The notes beneath the pieces were generated by a model. It saw only the letters and a program-made list of their open reading frames with translations, searched no databases and was not told where the DNA came from. 64,000 nt of DNA from IMG/VR virus record IMGVR_UViG_3300030339_000006, one strand, 5' to 3'. Source of the DNA: a virus. The stretch's first letter is position 1. The number at the start of each line of letters is the position of its first letter. The position numbers and the translations under genes were made by a program. Below, in pieces: positions 45,224-54,144 of this stretch.

Positions 45224-45224
45224 G
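45217..45224 (+). promoter_or_regulatory. GGTATAAG phage promoter-like motif
   Basis: Overlaps TAA; followed by AAAGGTGTAACC. Confidence 0.6.
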
Positions 45225-45251
45225 AAAGGTGTAACCCACTGGAGACTTATC

Positions 45252-45629
45252 ATGATAACCACTTTGATTCTTACCGTAGTACTGGGCGGCCAGGACGTCG
45301 CGAAATTCGGCTACGTGTATCCTGACCAGGCTCAGTGTGTGAGTGCCACTCATCGTGCCGGCTACGCGACGACCGGTCGATACACCGTAGAGCTCGAATG
45401 CCGCCCGGAACCTACTCCTTCGCCAGCAGTCTACCAAGCGCCGACCGATTGGCAGGCCTTGGTAATGTCCATGGTGCTCGACACGAAAGTCGTCGTCATG
45501 GACCCGACTGAGGTCAGTACCCTCCCTGATTCCGCATCCTGTGATGCTTATATTGCTCAGGCAACTAAGCGGTTCAAGATGTTGGGCGGGAGGGATTTTG
45601 TCAGCTTCTGCTTACCTAAGGCACCGTAA
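45252..45629 (+). CDS. Small exported or Cys-paired protein with a duplicated domain
   Basis: GGAG RBS; two C...C modules joined by a Pro-rich linker. Confidence 0.5.
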   Translation: MITTLILTVVLGGQDVAKFGYVYPDQAQCVSATHRAGYATTGRYTVELECRPEPTPSPAVYQAPTDWQALVMSMVLDTKVVVMDPTEVSTLPDSASCDAYIAQATKRFKMLGGRDFVSFCLPKAP

Positions 45630-46318
45630 TGAAATCCCTGACCTTCCGCCGAGCGGAGTTCATCAGTATCGACGGAGGACCCGGCGTTTCAACCTTCTTG
45701 GATGAGACCGGGGATATCGTCTTCGTGGACGTCCGCTCGCTGATCGAACAGATTGGCCTGCCACTCTTGGCCGAAAGCGATCGCTTGACGAGCGACCCAC
45801 GGCTGGTTACTCAGTTACAGCTCTGTTCAGATTACAGCTATAACGAGGGATTCAAACAGAATTCCCTCTTCATTCCGCTCGATAACATCAACGATTACCT
45901 GTACTCCATACCGGAGCAGGATGGTGCACTGCAGGGTAACCTCCAGCACTATCGTGTGCGTTTCGCCATCGAAGCCGATCGTCACTGGTCTCGCTTGGAG
46001 AAAACACACGCAGCAGAAAACGCACTGGACTGGCGACGATTGCTCGTCATCCAGGGGCGTCAACAACTTACCCAGGCTGTCCGTGCGTTGGACGGGGAAG
46101 CGGTAGACATTATCCAGGCAGGTGTTCGACAGGTGGCTTTCGGGGCGTTGGTCCCTATCGACAACCTGGATTCTCGACAACTGGATCTTCTAAATCTCGC
46201 GTACAGCCTGGCCCTCGACGTGATTGTCTTCTGTGTGGAGAACGGGTATGACTTCGGTTATGCCTCGTCCGCCATCCAGCAAGGCTTCGATGAACACATC
46301 CGACCGTGGAATTTCTAA
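45629..46318 (+). CDS. Antirepressor N-terminal (P22 AR-N)-like protein
   Basis: V.VRSLIEQIGL, IPL..INDYLYSI. Confidence 0.55.
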   Translation: MKSLTFRRAEFISIDGGPGVSTFLDETGDIVFVDVRSLIEQIGLPLLAESDRLTSDPRLVTQLQLCSDYSYNEGFKQNSLFIPLDNINDYLYSIPEQDGALQGNLQHYRVRFAIEADRHWSRLEKTHAAENALDWRRLLVIQGRQQLTQAVRALDGEAVDIIQAGVRQVAFGALVPIDNLDSRQLDLLNLAYSLALDVIVFCVENGYDFGYASSAIQQGFDEHIRPWNF

Positions 46319-46360
46319 TGGTCACCCGGGAGGATCCTCTCCCGGTTTTTAGGAGCCAGC

Positions 46361-46588
46361 ATGCTCATAGATTACTCGCTAAATGGGAACACCATCTTGA
46401 TGGTCCCGCTGTCCTCCCTGTCAAAAGGGGAGTTCTTCATGCACCACAATCAGCTCTACAAGCTTCTGTCCAAGCAGGAGCACTGTAGCGTACTGCATAT
46501 GGAGTTCTTGGAGCTCCACATCTTTGCGTCTTCCGGCCTGGTCCTCCCTACTATCATCCACGGTATCAATCTGGAGATTACCCTGTGA
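46361..46588 (+). CDS. Tandem paralog family D, member 1
   Basis: L.SL..G.FF.....LY pattern. Confidence 0.6.
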   Translation: MLIDYSLNGNTILMVPLSSLSKGEFFMHHNQLYKLLSKQEHCSVLHMEFLELHIFASSGLVLPTIIHGINLEITL

Positions 46589-46815
46589 CAAAATACGCTT
46601 ACGAAGAGGACTGGCGGTCTACCTCTGTCAAAGCCTCCTCGATTCCCCAGGGACGTTTCTTCCGTATAGAAGGCGACCTGTATAAAGTCCTGTCTCATCG
46701 GAAAGATGACTTGCTCGCCCTGCTGATGGAGACTCTTGAACTCCGCTTCATTACTGATACTCAGTGCGTCACCCCAGTTTCTGTTAGTTCAGTAGAAACG
46801 AAGGTGATACTATGA
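46585..46815 (+). CDS. Tandem paralog family D, member 2
   Basis: SSIPQGRFFRIEGDLYK. Confidence 0.6.
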   Translation: MTKYAYEEDWRSTSVKASSIPQGRFFRIEGDLYKVLSHRKDDLLALLMETLELRFITDTQCVTPVSVSSVETKVIL

Positions 46816-47057
46816 CGGTAGATTTCATCGAAACTAACCGTGCCATGCTGCAGATTAAGCTGGATAGTGTCCAACAATGTGCCTTCTTCTTCCATGAGGG
46901 TACGCTCTTTCGCCGGATAACCGATACTGGATCGTCTACGACAGCGGGGATAGAGTGCCTGGATATGGAACTGCTAGACGTATGCTACCTCGATAGCGGG
47001 TCCATTATTGACCCCGTTGAAGTTGATAAAGTCATCGTTAAGGTAACTTACAAATGA
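46812..47057 (+). CDS. Tandem paralog family D, member 3
   Basis: LDSVQQCAFFFHEGTLFR. Confidence 0.6.
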   Translation: MTVDFIETNRAMLQIKLDSVQQCAFFFHEGTLFRRITDTGSSTTAGIECLDMELLDVCYLDSGSIIDPVEVDKVIVKVTYK

Positions 47058-47293
47058 TTAACCTAAAGGAAACCCGTGTTGAACTCCGAGACCTCCGCCT
47101 GGAGGACCTCATAACCGGCAGCTACTTCCGTTTCGAAGAGGACGGCGTCCTGCTGCGTTGTGACGTGTATGATGGCATGGGGAATGTCCTCTGCGTCGCT
47201 CTGGATGACCTGGCGATCTCCCAGGAAAACCCCGGCCGTCGCGTTATCCCGGTGGATATCCATCGCATCAGCATTGAAGTGGAGTACCTATGA
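47054..47293 (+). CDS. Tandem paralog family D, member 4
   Basis: LEDLITGSYFRF. Confidence 0.6.
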   Translation: MINLKETRVELRDLRLEDLITGSYFRFEEDGVLLRCDVYDGMGNVLCVALDDLAISQENPGRRVIPVDIHRISIEVEYL

Positions 47294-47697
47294 AATTATC
47301 CAGCCTGAAAGACGGGCAACGTTTTATCCTGGACGGCCTCTTCTATCGCAAACTGGACCGTGATACGGACAATTACGATTACGTCAAGTGCTTCGATGAG
47401 TCGTCCCAGGAGATCGTGGATATTCAGGCATGCATCCCTATCTCCCCCGTTGCCCAGAATCCAGAAGTGGACATCCTGCTGACGGAGCCCGAGGATACTA
47501 TCACCCTTGGTAGCCTACCGTTCGGTTCCTTGTTTACTCTCGATCGGGATTCTTTGGATATGGTGCTTAAAGTTGCAGCCTGCGGGGTGAACTTCCACGT
47601 GGTCCGTCTTCAGGATATGTCCCCGCGTATATACGCAGAGTGTCAGGTCTTTTGGCCGAACGTGACAGCAATCAATATTGAGGTCAAGGTGGAATGA
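47290..47697 (+). CDS. Tandem paralog family D, member 5 (two copies of the domain)
   Basis: LSSLKDGQRF and LGSLPFGSLF. Confidence 0.6.
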   Translation: MKLSSLKDGQRFILDGLFYRKLDRDTDNYDYVKCFDESSQEIVDIQACIPISPVAQNPEVDILLTEPEDTITLGSLPFGSLFTLDRDSLDMVLKVAACGVNFHVVRLQDMSPRIYAECQVFWPNVTAINIEVKVE

Positions 47698-47897
47698 GCC
47701 CGGCTTACATGGTCTACCTTCGGCTCCGTCAGCTGGAGCTCGCCCTGGCCCTACCCGGCGCCCTGGAGAACCTCCGAGATGTGAATGGTAATGCCCTGCA
47801 GTTTGCGATCGATGTGAGGGACGCGATTGATAACTATGAAAGAATGTACCCAGAAGTTAAAGACATCGATGTTTGTGGCGTCGCTGTGCAATCGTAA
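47694..47897 (+). CDS. Small hypothetical protein
   Basis: ATGA overlap. Confidence 0.45.
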   Translation: MSPAYMVYLRLRQLELALALPGALENLRDVNGNALQFAIDVRDAIDNYERMYPEVKDIDVCGVAVQS

Positions 47898-48078
47898 CGA
47901 TACTCGAGAAGCCGTCATTCTGCTTGATGCTAAGGGGAGCGAGGCGGCGATAGAGGAGACCTACCGATTGATGGATGAGCGGAGCTTCTCTCACGCCGGA
48001 CTCTTTGAGATCGGCAGGGGCTATACCGTCCTCTTACTCATTATCGATGATCAATCTCGCTCCGTTACGCGGGTATAA
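47827..48078 (+). CDS. Small hypothetical protein (start uncertain)
   Basis: Fills the gap; its stop lies within GGTATAAG. Confidence 0.35.
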   Translation: MITMKECTQKLKTSMFVASLCNRNDTREAVILLDAKGSEAAIEETYRLMDERSFSHAGLFEIGRGYTVLLLIIDDQSRSVTRV

Positions 48079-48079
48079 G
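48072..48079 (+). promoter_or_regulatory. GGTATAAG phage promoter-like motif
   Basis: Directly before a GGAGG RBS. Confidence 0.6.
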
Positions 48080-48096
48080 TAAGTTGGAGGATACCC

Positions 48097-48927
48097 ATGA
48101 AAAATTACAGCCCTGATGATATAAAGATGGTCGAGTTCTATGGCCGTTTGATACCGACCGTGAAGTACCCTGATTCCAACGACCTGGCCGTCGTGATCGA
48201 TGACATCATCGTTCAGCTCGGTCTGCAGGATTGGAAGGACGAGTTGATGCAACGTGCTCTGTATGACACGAAGTTTCTGGCTCAGTTAATCAACATCGAA
48301 GACGGTCCTGGCCAGCAGTTGGTGGTCATTCCGTTGCACAAACTGAACGCGTACCTGTACTCTATCCGTATTCGCAAAGATGATGACCTGTGGTTCAAAC
48401 AGGAAGTGATCGACGCGATGACCGGTGAAGTGAAAGAAGAGACCGTCAACCTGCGTGAAAACCTGATTCGCTATCAGGACGAATGCTCGATGGCATTGCA
48501 CTCTTACTGGACCAACGGTATTGCGATTAACCCTAATGCCAACTCCCCCTTCGCGGCGCTCGGCTCGCTCTGGCGTACTGCCCGAATGAACCTGACCACT
48601 GTGATTGCTCGCTTCTCGGAGTTCGCAGAAACGACCGGTGAGGACTTCCCCGAAAAGACTGTTCAGCGTGGCATCAACATCCTGCTGAAGGAATTTCTGC
48701 CGGCCCAGCTGGTGGATGAACCGGAACTGTCAAACAACGGGTATGACCTGTACCGTCTGGCTCTGGCTGAAGACTACATCGCCCGCTACCTGAATAACTG
48801 TATCGTAACCAAAGATTCACCGACGCATTGCTTCACCCAGTTGGATGCCGACATGGTCGTCGCGTTCCACTCGATTGCCTCGGGCTTGCTCGAAGCGGTA
48901 AACAACTGGAACATCCCCACTCGATAA
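48097..48927 (+). CDS. Antirepressor N-terminal (P22 AR-N)-like protein
   Basis: VEFYG, IPLHKLNAYLYSI, YQDEC..AL..YW..G.AINP. Confidence 0.75.
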   Translation: MKNYSPDDIKMVEFYGRLIPTVKYPDSNDLAVVIDDIIVQLGLQDWKDELMQRALYDTKFLAQLINIEDGPGQQLVVIPLHKLNAYLYSIRIRKDDDLWFKQEVIDAMTGEVKEETVNLRENLIRYQDECSMALHSYWTNGIAINPNANSPFAALGSLWRTARMNLTTVIARFSEFAETTGEDFPEKTVQRGINILLKEFLPAQLVDEPELSNNGYDLYRLALAEDYIARYLNNCIVTKDSPTHCFTQLDADMVVAFHSIASGLLEAVNNWNIPTR

Positions 48928-48940
48928 TCTGCGGATTACC

Positions 48941-48948
48941 GGTATAAG
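48941..48948 (+). promoter_or_regulatory. GGTATAAG phage promoter-like motif
   Basis: Intergenic. Confidence 0.6.
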
Positions 48949-48992
48949 AGACCTGAGGGACAGTTCCGTCCCTCTTATTCTTAGGAGTTATT

Positions 48993-49766
48993 ATGTCTAC
49001 CCATTTCCTGTTAAAAGAGATCCACCGTGTAACCGTCCTCGGCACCGTAATTGAAATCCTCGGTGATGATAAAGGTCAACCAATGGTGCCGATTCGTTCA
49101 CTCTGTGACGCGATCGGTACGGTATACGGTGATGAATTCGCTCGTCTGCGTAGCGACCGCCGCCTGGGCGCCTATAGCATTCGTCTGCGTGCTGAAACGG
49201 ATCCAGTGGACATCGTCTGCGTGCCGTTAACCAAACTGCATGCGTTCCTGTACACCATGAATCCGGACGCTCTGGACAGCGTGGCCCGTGCCAAACTGGA
49301 AATGTTCCAGGACGAGTGCGTTGACGTTCTGAACGATTACTGGAACAAAGGCATTGCGATTAACGATCGTGAAGAACGTGGTAGCACTGAAGGCAGCAAA
49401 TTCCGTGATGCTCGTAAGCTGTCCCGCCCAGCGTTGGTCGAAGCGGTTAAGCGTCTGACGGCGTACGCAGCGACTACCGGTGTCGAACTGGATCCGGACG
49501 ACGTGTATCACCACTTGATCACTTTCTGCTGGGATCGTCTGGGCCGCAACCCGATGAAGTCCGAGTATGAAGAGATCGACACCAATACTCACGGTGCAGA
49601 CTCCTACTTCCTGGCTCTGATGGAACGTACGGCCGTCAAGTTGATCGATGTGGTTATCCAGGAAGGTTACCAGGTCAGTGATGTCATCAACTACCTCGGT
49701 GAAAACATCGACGTGGAACTGGCCAAACTGACTGAACGTGGATTCGAGCTGCTGGAAGCGAAGTAA
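48993..49766 (+). CDS. Antirepressor N-terminal (P22 AR-N)-like protein
   Basis: VPIRSLCDAIG, VPLTKLHAFLYTMNP, FQDECVDVL.DYW.KG.AIN. Confidence 0.75.
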   Translation: MSTHFLLKEIHRVTVLGTVIEILGDDKGQPMVPIRSLCDAIGTVYGDEFARLRSDRRLGAYSIRLRAETDPVDIVCVPLTKLHAFLYTMNPDALDSVARAKLEMFQDECVDVLNDYWNKGIAINDREERGSTEGSKFRDARKLSRPALVEAVKRLTAYAATTGVELDPDDVYHHLITFCWDRLGRNPMKSEYEEIDTNTHGADSYFLALMERTAVKLIDVVIQEGYQVSDVINYLGENIDVELAKLTERGFELLEAK

Positions 49767-49772
49767 CAAAAC

Positions 49773-49790
49773 GGGACCCTTCGGGGTCCC
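49773..49790. terminator. UUCG hairpin (terminator or RNA stabiliser)
   Basis: GGGACCC-TTCG-GGGTCCC. Confidence 0.5.
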
Positions 49791-49822
49791 TATCCTAACT
49801 GAATTTCTCTATTTGAGGTTGT

Positions 49823-50611
49823 ATGAAACTGATTGATTTTTATGGCGATACTCTTGAAGTCGTCGAAATGGAAGGTGGTCCCGGTGTTACTGCTCGTCGT
49901 CTGGTCGAGAACCTGGGGTTAGAATGGTCTGGTCAGTTAAAGAAACTGGAAGATCCTATCTACGCTTGTGTACATATGTACACAACTGGATCTGACGACA
50001 AGAAGTATGAAATGATGGTCATGCCTGTGAAGTCTCTGCCGGCTTTCCTCTTCTCGATTAACCCGAAGAAAGTCCGTGAAGACCTGCGTGAGAAACTGGC
50101 CCACTATCGTCTGGAGTGTGTGGACGTGCTATACCAGTACTGGGCAAAAGGCTACGCGATTAACCCTCGGCCGACGGTAGAATCCTCCCTGGAAGACTAT
50201 CTGAGCGGTACCGGTAAGGCCCACTACGCGTTCCTGGACAGCATGCTGGAGTCCGAGTGCAACGGTCCAGAGCATCGTTCCGCGATGGCGAAGGTCATTG
50301 AGCGTATTCTGAGTGAAGCACTCGAAGTTGAAGAAGTTGATATCGAGCGTAACTTCGTGCACCGCAAGCAGGGTTGGGTCTGCATGAGTCCTGTGGAAAT
50401 CACTGTGGTTCAAGCAGTCGAATCAGAGATTGGCCTGTACTTCGCCAAGAACGGCGTGCCGGCTAATGCAGAAGGTGTCATGGAAATGGGTCAGCAGGTT
50501 GGCCGTAAAGTGACAAGCCGTCTGCGTAAAGCGATGTTCATCTCTGAGACATTCTCTGAGAAGTTTGAGACGTCTTTGTTCGAGTTGCTGGGCATGAAAG
50601 AAACGGCTTGA
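49823..50611 (+). CDS. Antirepressor N-terminal (P22 AR-N)-like protein
   Basis: IDFYG, LVENLGLEWSGQ..KL, SINP.KVR..LREKL..Y..EC.DVLY.YW.KG. Confidence 0.85.
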   Translation: MKLIDFYGDTLEVVEMEGGPGVTARRLVENLGLEWSGQLKKLEDPIYACVHMYTTGSDDKKYEMMVMPVKSLPAFLFSINPKKVREDLREKLAHYRLECVDVLYQYWAKGYAINPRPTVESSLEDYLSGTGKAHYAFLDSMLESECNGPEHRSAMAKVIERILSEALEVEEVDIERNFVHRKQGWVCMSPVEITVVQAVESEIGLYFAKNGVPANAEGVMEMGQQVGRKVTSRLRKAMFISETFSEKFETSLFELLGMKETA

Positions 50612-50701
50612 TGCGTTCTGGTACCAGAACACGTGGTTTGAAGTAAGCATTCGTACACATATGTGTACACGTGGTCAGTCGTTCTGGTATCGGAACGACT
50701 G

Positions 50702-50733
50702 AAAACAAAGAGGGCTCCCGAAGGAGCCCTCTT
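50702..50733 (-). terminator. Terminator of the HU gene (probably bidirectional)
   Basis: AAGAGGGCTCC-CGAA-GGAGCCCTCTT. Confidence 0.75.
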
Positions 50734-50746
50734 AAAGCCGAATCAA

Positions 50747-51022
50747 TTACGCGTTTACAGCGTCTTTGAAGCTACGGCCAGAGCGGAAGTGTGGAGCTTT
50801 GCGAGCTTCGATGGTCAGAGCTTCGCCGGTCTGTGGGTTACGACCATTACGCTCAGCACGATCGCGGCTTGAGAAAGTACCGAAGCCAGTAATACCAACA
50901 GTTTCGCCTGCAGAGACTTTTTCAACTACCAGATCCAGTGCAGCATTCAGTACTGCAGCAACGCGAGTTTTTGGTACTTCCAGAGTTTCAGCTACTTGTG
51001 CGATCAATTCAGATTTGTTCAT
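50747..51022 (-). CDS. hup: HU family histone-like DNA-binding protein
   Basis: MNKSELI, GFGTF..R.RAER.GRNPQTGE; upstream TTGCGC-17-TACTAT. Confidence 0.95.
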   Translation of the reverse strand: MNKSELIAQVAETLEVPKTRVAAVLNAALDLVVEKVSAGETVGITGFGTFSSRDRAERNGRNPQTGEALTIEARKAPHFRSGRSFKDAVNA

Positions 51023-51099
51023 GGGTGGTTCCTCTTTGTTTGGGTTGAACAGATAGTATATCAAGATAAAGCCAGGCGCAAGCCTTTTTGGAGAATTTT

Positions 51100-51777
51100 A
51101 TGGAAATTACTAAAATTTATGCTGCAGTGAAAGATCTTGGGGTGGAACCGATCGTTGTTATCCCCTTGGGCGAATGCTACGGAGAGTCCTTCGGGTTCGG
51201 CCGAGTGAAGTACTCCGTCGTCTACCTGGAGTCACCAATGAAGGTGCTCTACGGTGGCGGACTGCCGAAGGCCCACTTCACGGTGGACGGGGTGGACATC
51301 AAGTTGATTCGCTACGCCGCTTTCATTCAGCATTGCCTCAGTGGCACTCAGGGTTACGCCCAGCAGTTGTTTATGAAGACCGATCACTTCAACGAGTACT
51401 GGGAGAACATCCAGGATCACCGCGATACCTTTATGAGCTCCCGCCAGACGATCCAGGAGTCGATCAACCACATCGACCACGGCCTCATGAGCCAGACCCT
51501 CCTGCTCTCCCGCCACATCCTCCGCAAGACTGAAGCCCTCCTGCAGTTCTGGGAGACGGGCGACATCGACTTCCTCTCCCTGAAAGACTGTTTAGTCCCA
51601 CCCGAAGAGATCGACGGCATGCTGAATCTGCACCGCGGTAAGCTTCGAGAGCTGCTGCACCTGTCCGAAGAGCTCGACGTGACACGTTTCGGAACTTTGG
51701 TACTTGGGCCGTATCGCGATATGTTCCAAGATAAGTGCAGGCAAACCAGTGACTTACGCGATTTTGTGACATTGTGA
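51100..51777 (+). CDS. Hypothetical protein, possibly a degenerate YcgL/Pol-beta-type nucleotidyltransferase
   Basis: G...FG, D.KL....F...L.G pattern, but no DxD motif. Confidence 0.35.
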   Translation: MEITKIYAAVKDLGVEPIVVIPLGECYGESFGFGRVKYSVVYLESPMKVLYGGGLPKAHFTVDGVDIKLIRYAAFIQHCLSGTQGYAQQLFMKTDHFNEYWENIQDHRDTFMSSRQTIQESINHIDHGLMSQTLLLSRHILRKTEALLQFWETGDIDFLSLKDCLVPPEEIDGMLNLHRGKLRELLHLSEELDVTRFGTLVLGPYRDMFQDKCRQTSDLRDFVTL

Positions 51778-51933
51778 CATCGGAACATGGAAAAGTCACC
51801 CCTTTTAAGAACATCTTACCCCTATACATACATTACTATGGATTCAAAATAAGGTATATATAGGATACTACCTACTCGATAGGGATAAAGGGGGTGTGTG
51901 TTTAGAGACGTAGTTCCTGTCACAATGTCACAA
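51764..51933. repeat. Dispersed non-coding element, copy 2 (candidate replication origin)
   Basis: 16-bp perfect terminal IR TTGTGACATTGTGACA/TGTCACAATGTCACAA; 56-bp core identical to copy 1. Confidence 0.85.
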
Positions 51934-51935
51934 GC

Positions 51936-51964
51936 TTGACAGATCAGCCATTTGGGCGTAACCT
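51936..51964 (+). promoter_or_regulatory. sigma70-type promoter
   Basis: TTGACA-17-TAACCT. Confidence 0.55.
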
Positions 51965-52113
51965 GTGTGACAGGACGCTCTCATGGCAAGTTGACTGTCT
52001 TTCTCATTCTCAATGTAAAATAGAATAGTCAATCATGAGTGTTGTTCTCCTTGTTAAAAACCCGAGAGGGTTCTACCGGCCTTCGGGCCGGTCAGTTTTT
52101 ACTGGAGACTCTC

Positions 52114-52470
52114 ATGCTACTGATCCTGCTGCTCATCAAACACTTTCTTTTAGATTTCCCTTTCCAAACCCCTTACATGCTCCGTAAGTCACAGCCGACT
52201 GGATGGTTCTTCCCGCTCTTCCTCCATGCTGCCGCTCACGGTGCCGCCACCTTTATACTCCTGCTGTTCTTCGCACCGACCCTGGCCATTCCTCTGGCTC
52301 TGGCGGAAGGCGTCGTACACTTCGGGATCGACTACTGGAAAGCCCAGAAAGCGAAGGCCGAGTTTGCCTCTGCGAAGTTCTGGACGTACCTGGGTCTGGA
52401 CCAATTGTTCCACAATCTGACCTACGTCGCGATTATTTTCATCGTTTCCCTTTACATGACGGGACTTTAA
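52114..52470 (+). CDS. DUF3307 membrane protein
   Basis: KHFLLDF.FQ, LHA..HG, HF.IDY.K, GLDQL.H. Confidence 0.8.
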   Translation: MLLILLLIKHFLLDFPFQTPYMLRKSQPTGWFFPLFLHAAAHGAATFILLLFFAPTLAIPLALAEGVVHFGIDYWKAQKAKAEFASAKFWTYLGLDQLFHNLTYVAIIFIVSLYMTGL

Positions 52471-52504
52471 GCATATGCTACTCCTAACTAAACAGGAGAA
52501 GTCT

Positions 52505-53149
52505 ATGTCAACCTTTAAATTACCTAACCGTCGTGCCGACTACGTGGATCTACGCACCCTCTTCGAAGAGTATGATCTGCCAGGACGCTTTCGAGATTGG
52601 ATTCGCCGCCAGGTAAAACCCCTGCTGGGCACTGCAATCGTAGAGTACACCAAATCGGGTGCTCCGAGAGGCCAACAGGATTACGCTCTGGCTGAACAGA
52701 ATGCTGCGGCATTGATCGCCACTCTGCCGGCCGACAAGCGGGCTCTGAAGACCGAGCCTGCGGCTGCCGCTCCAGCGAACCCGTTCCCGAACCACTTCCG
52801 CTTCCGTATCCCGGTCCACGCGATTTCCCATAACGCGATGTACGTGCCGACGAGCTTCGGTGCTCGCAAGCAGCTGCGTCGTTCTCCGGAATACAACGAG
52901 TGGGCTGAAGTAGTATCGAGCCTGGTCCCCGCTAAGCCTCGCTGGCTGAAGAAAGGCAAAGCGTGCCACGTGGCGATTAAGTTCGGTCACACCGCACCGT
53001 TTGACACCGAGAACCTGATGAAGGGCACGATCGACACGGTCTTCACGACCTGGCGTCTGAACGACAACAACATCCGTTCCGGTTCGTTCTCCTCCGAGAT
53101 CGTTCGCAGCAAAGATGATGGCTACATTGTCATTGATGTGTACCAATAA
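52505..53149 (+). CDS. AntA/AntB-like DNA-binding domain fused to a RusA-like Holliday junction resolvase
   Basis: VDLR.L.....F.DWI..QDY.L; S.N..Y, DTENLMK..ID, NDN.I. Confidence 0.6.
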   Translation: MSTFKLPNRRADYVDLRTLFEEYDLPGRFRDWIRRQVKPLLGTAIVEYTKSGAPRGQQDYALAEQNAAALIATLPADKRALKTEPAAAAPANPFPNHFRFRIPVHAISHNAMYVPTSFGARKQLRRSPEYNEWAEVVSSLVPAKPRWLKKGKACHVAIKFGHTAPFDTENLMKGTIDTVFTTWRLNDNNIRSGSFSSEIVRSKDDGYIVIDVYQ

Positions 53150-53150
53150 C

Positions 53151-53158
53151 GGTATAAG
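53151..53158 (+). promoter_or_regulatory. GGTATAAG phage promoter-like motif
   Basis: Intergenic; followed by CAATGTGTAAAC. Confidence 0.6.
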
Positions 53159-53217
53159 CAATGTGTAAACAAAAGGCTCACTTCGGTGGGCCTTTATCAT
53201 TTCTTAAGGAGAACAAA

Positions 53218-53667
53218 ATGAAATTGGCACAAGAACTGAACTTAATGGCGAACGAGACCGACCGCGTTGTTCGTAAGATCTGCACGACCCTCACCACTCG
53301 TATGTACAATAATGCACATAATGGTGGACAAGAAACACTGTACGCCTTCGCGGCCAAGACTAAAAAGGACATTAAGGACGGTGTCAAATCCTGGCTTACC
53401 GAACAAGGGTTCTCTGTCGTGATTGATGAAGATGGGGATCTGACCATCTCTTGGGATGTCCTGCGTATCCTGCTACCCGTAACCCTACTGGATCGCGTTC
53501 GTGAGCGTATCTTGGCAGCGTCGCGTTATGAGAAGAAATCGGTAACCATGAGCTTCAGCGTAGTGGAGTTCGAGGAACTTGAAGCGGCGAAGGAAGGGCT
53601 CCTCTATGATGGCTACACCGTGGATGTAGACGATGTCTTCCAGGAGATTTCCGTGTCATGGGAATAA
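53218..53667 (+). CDS. Family E protein (two domain copies)
   Basis: L..QGFSV....LTISW and L..DGYTV....ISVSW. Confidence 0.6.
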   Translation: MKLAQELNLMANETDRVVRKICTTLTTRMYNNAHNGGQETLYAFAAKTKKDIKDGVKSWLTEQGFSVVIDEDGDLTISWDVLRILLPVTLLDRVRERILAASRYEKKSVTMSFSVVEFEELEAAKEGLLYDGYTVDVDDVFQEISVSWE

Positions 53668-53912
53668 CAGCAGAAGATCACATGATGTTCCAGTTGGCCA
53701 GCTTCGGGTTGGCCTATTGTGAACCGAAACCTCAGAAGTACCTGCCAATCAGCGATTGGCCGTACATGAAGGAGGGGCTTCGGGAGCTGACCACCCGATA
53801 CTTGGAGTCCAAGGGTTTCCAAGTAATTCCCGAAGGTTCTTCAGCGAAGGTGTTCAATCCGGAGAAAACCCGGTGGATGAAGATTAAGGAGTGGTATGAA
53901 GCTTGCCGATAA
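53658..53912 (+). CDS. Hypothetical protein (family E-like)
   Basis: LESKGFQV. Confidence 0.5.
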   Translation: MGITAEDHMMFQLASFGLAYCEPKPQKYLPISDWPYMKEGLRELTTRYLESKGFQVIPEGSSAKVFNPEKTRWMKIKEWYEACR

Positions 53913-54144
53913 AGTCCGTGCGATAGCCAACTCGACTTGTCACCTGCCGATGTATAAAGCCTGGGGTAAGATTTGCCGCAGCATAGAAGATCGGGCCCAC
54001 GACGGCCATTATGACCACCAGTATCTTATTGAGAGCACGAGTCCTTACTTTGATGCCCTCAATAAGCGCCTGGTGGATCAAGGCTTCGACGTGCGTTATG
54101 AAGGTAAAACCTTACACATTTCCTGGAGGAAGAATGAAGAATGA
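53896..54144 (+). CDS. Family E protein
   Basis: LVDQGFDV....LHISW. Confidence 0.6.
   Translation: MKLADKVRAIANSTCHLPMYKAWGKICRSIEDRAHDGHYDHQYLIESTSPYFDALNKRLVDQGFDVRYEGKTLHISWRKNEE

Noticed and set aside
16852-51933. The duplicated IR element as a MITE or IS end
   Set aside because: No target-site duplication or transposase is visible, the IRs differ between copies, and the conserved part is the internal core.
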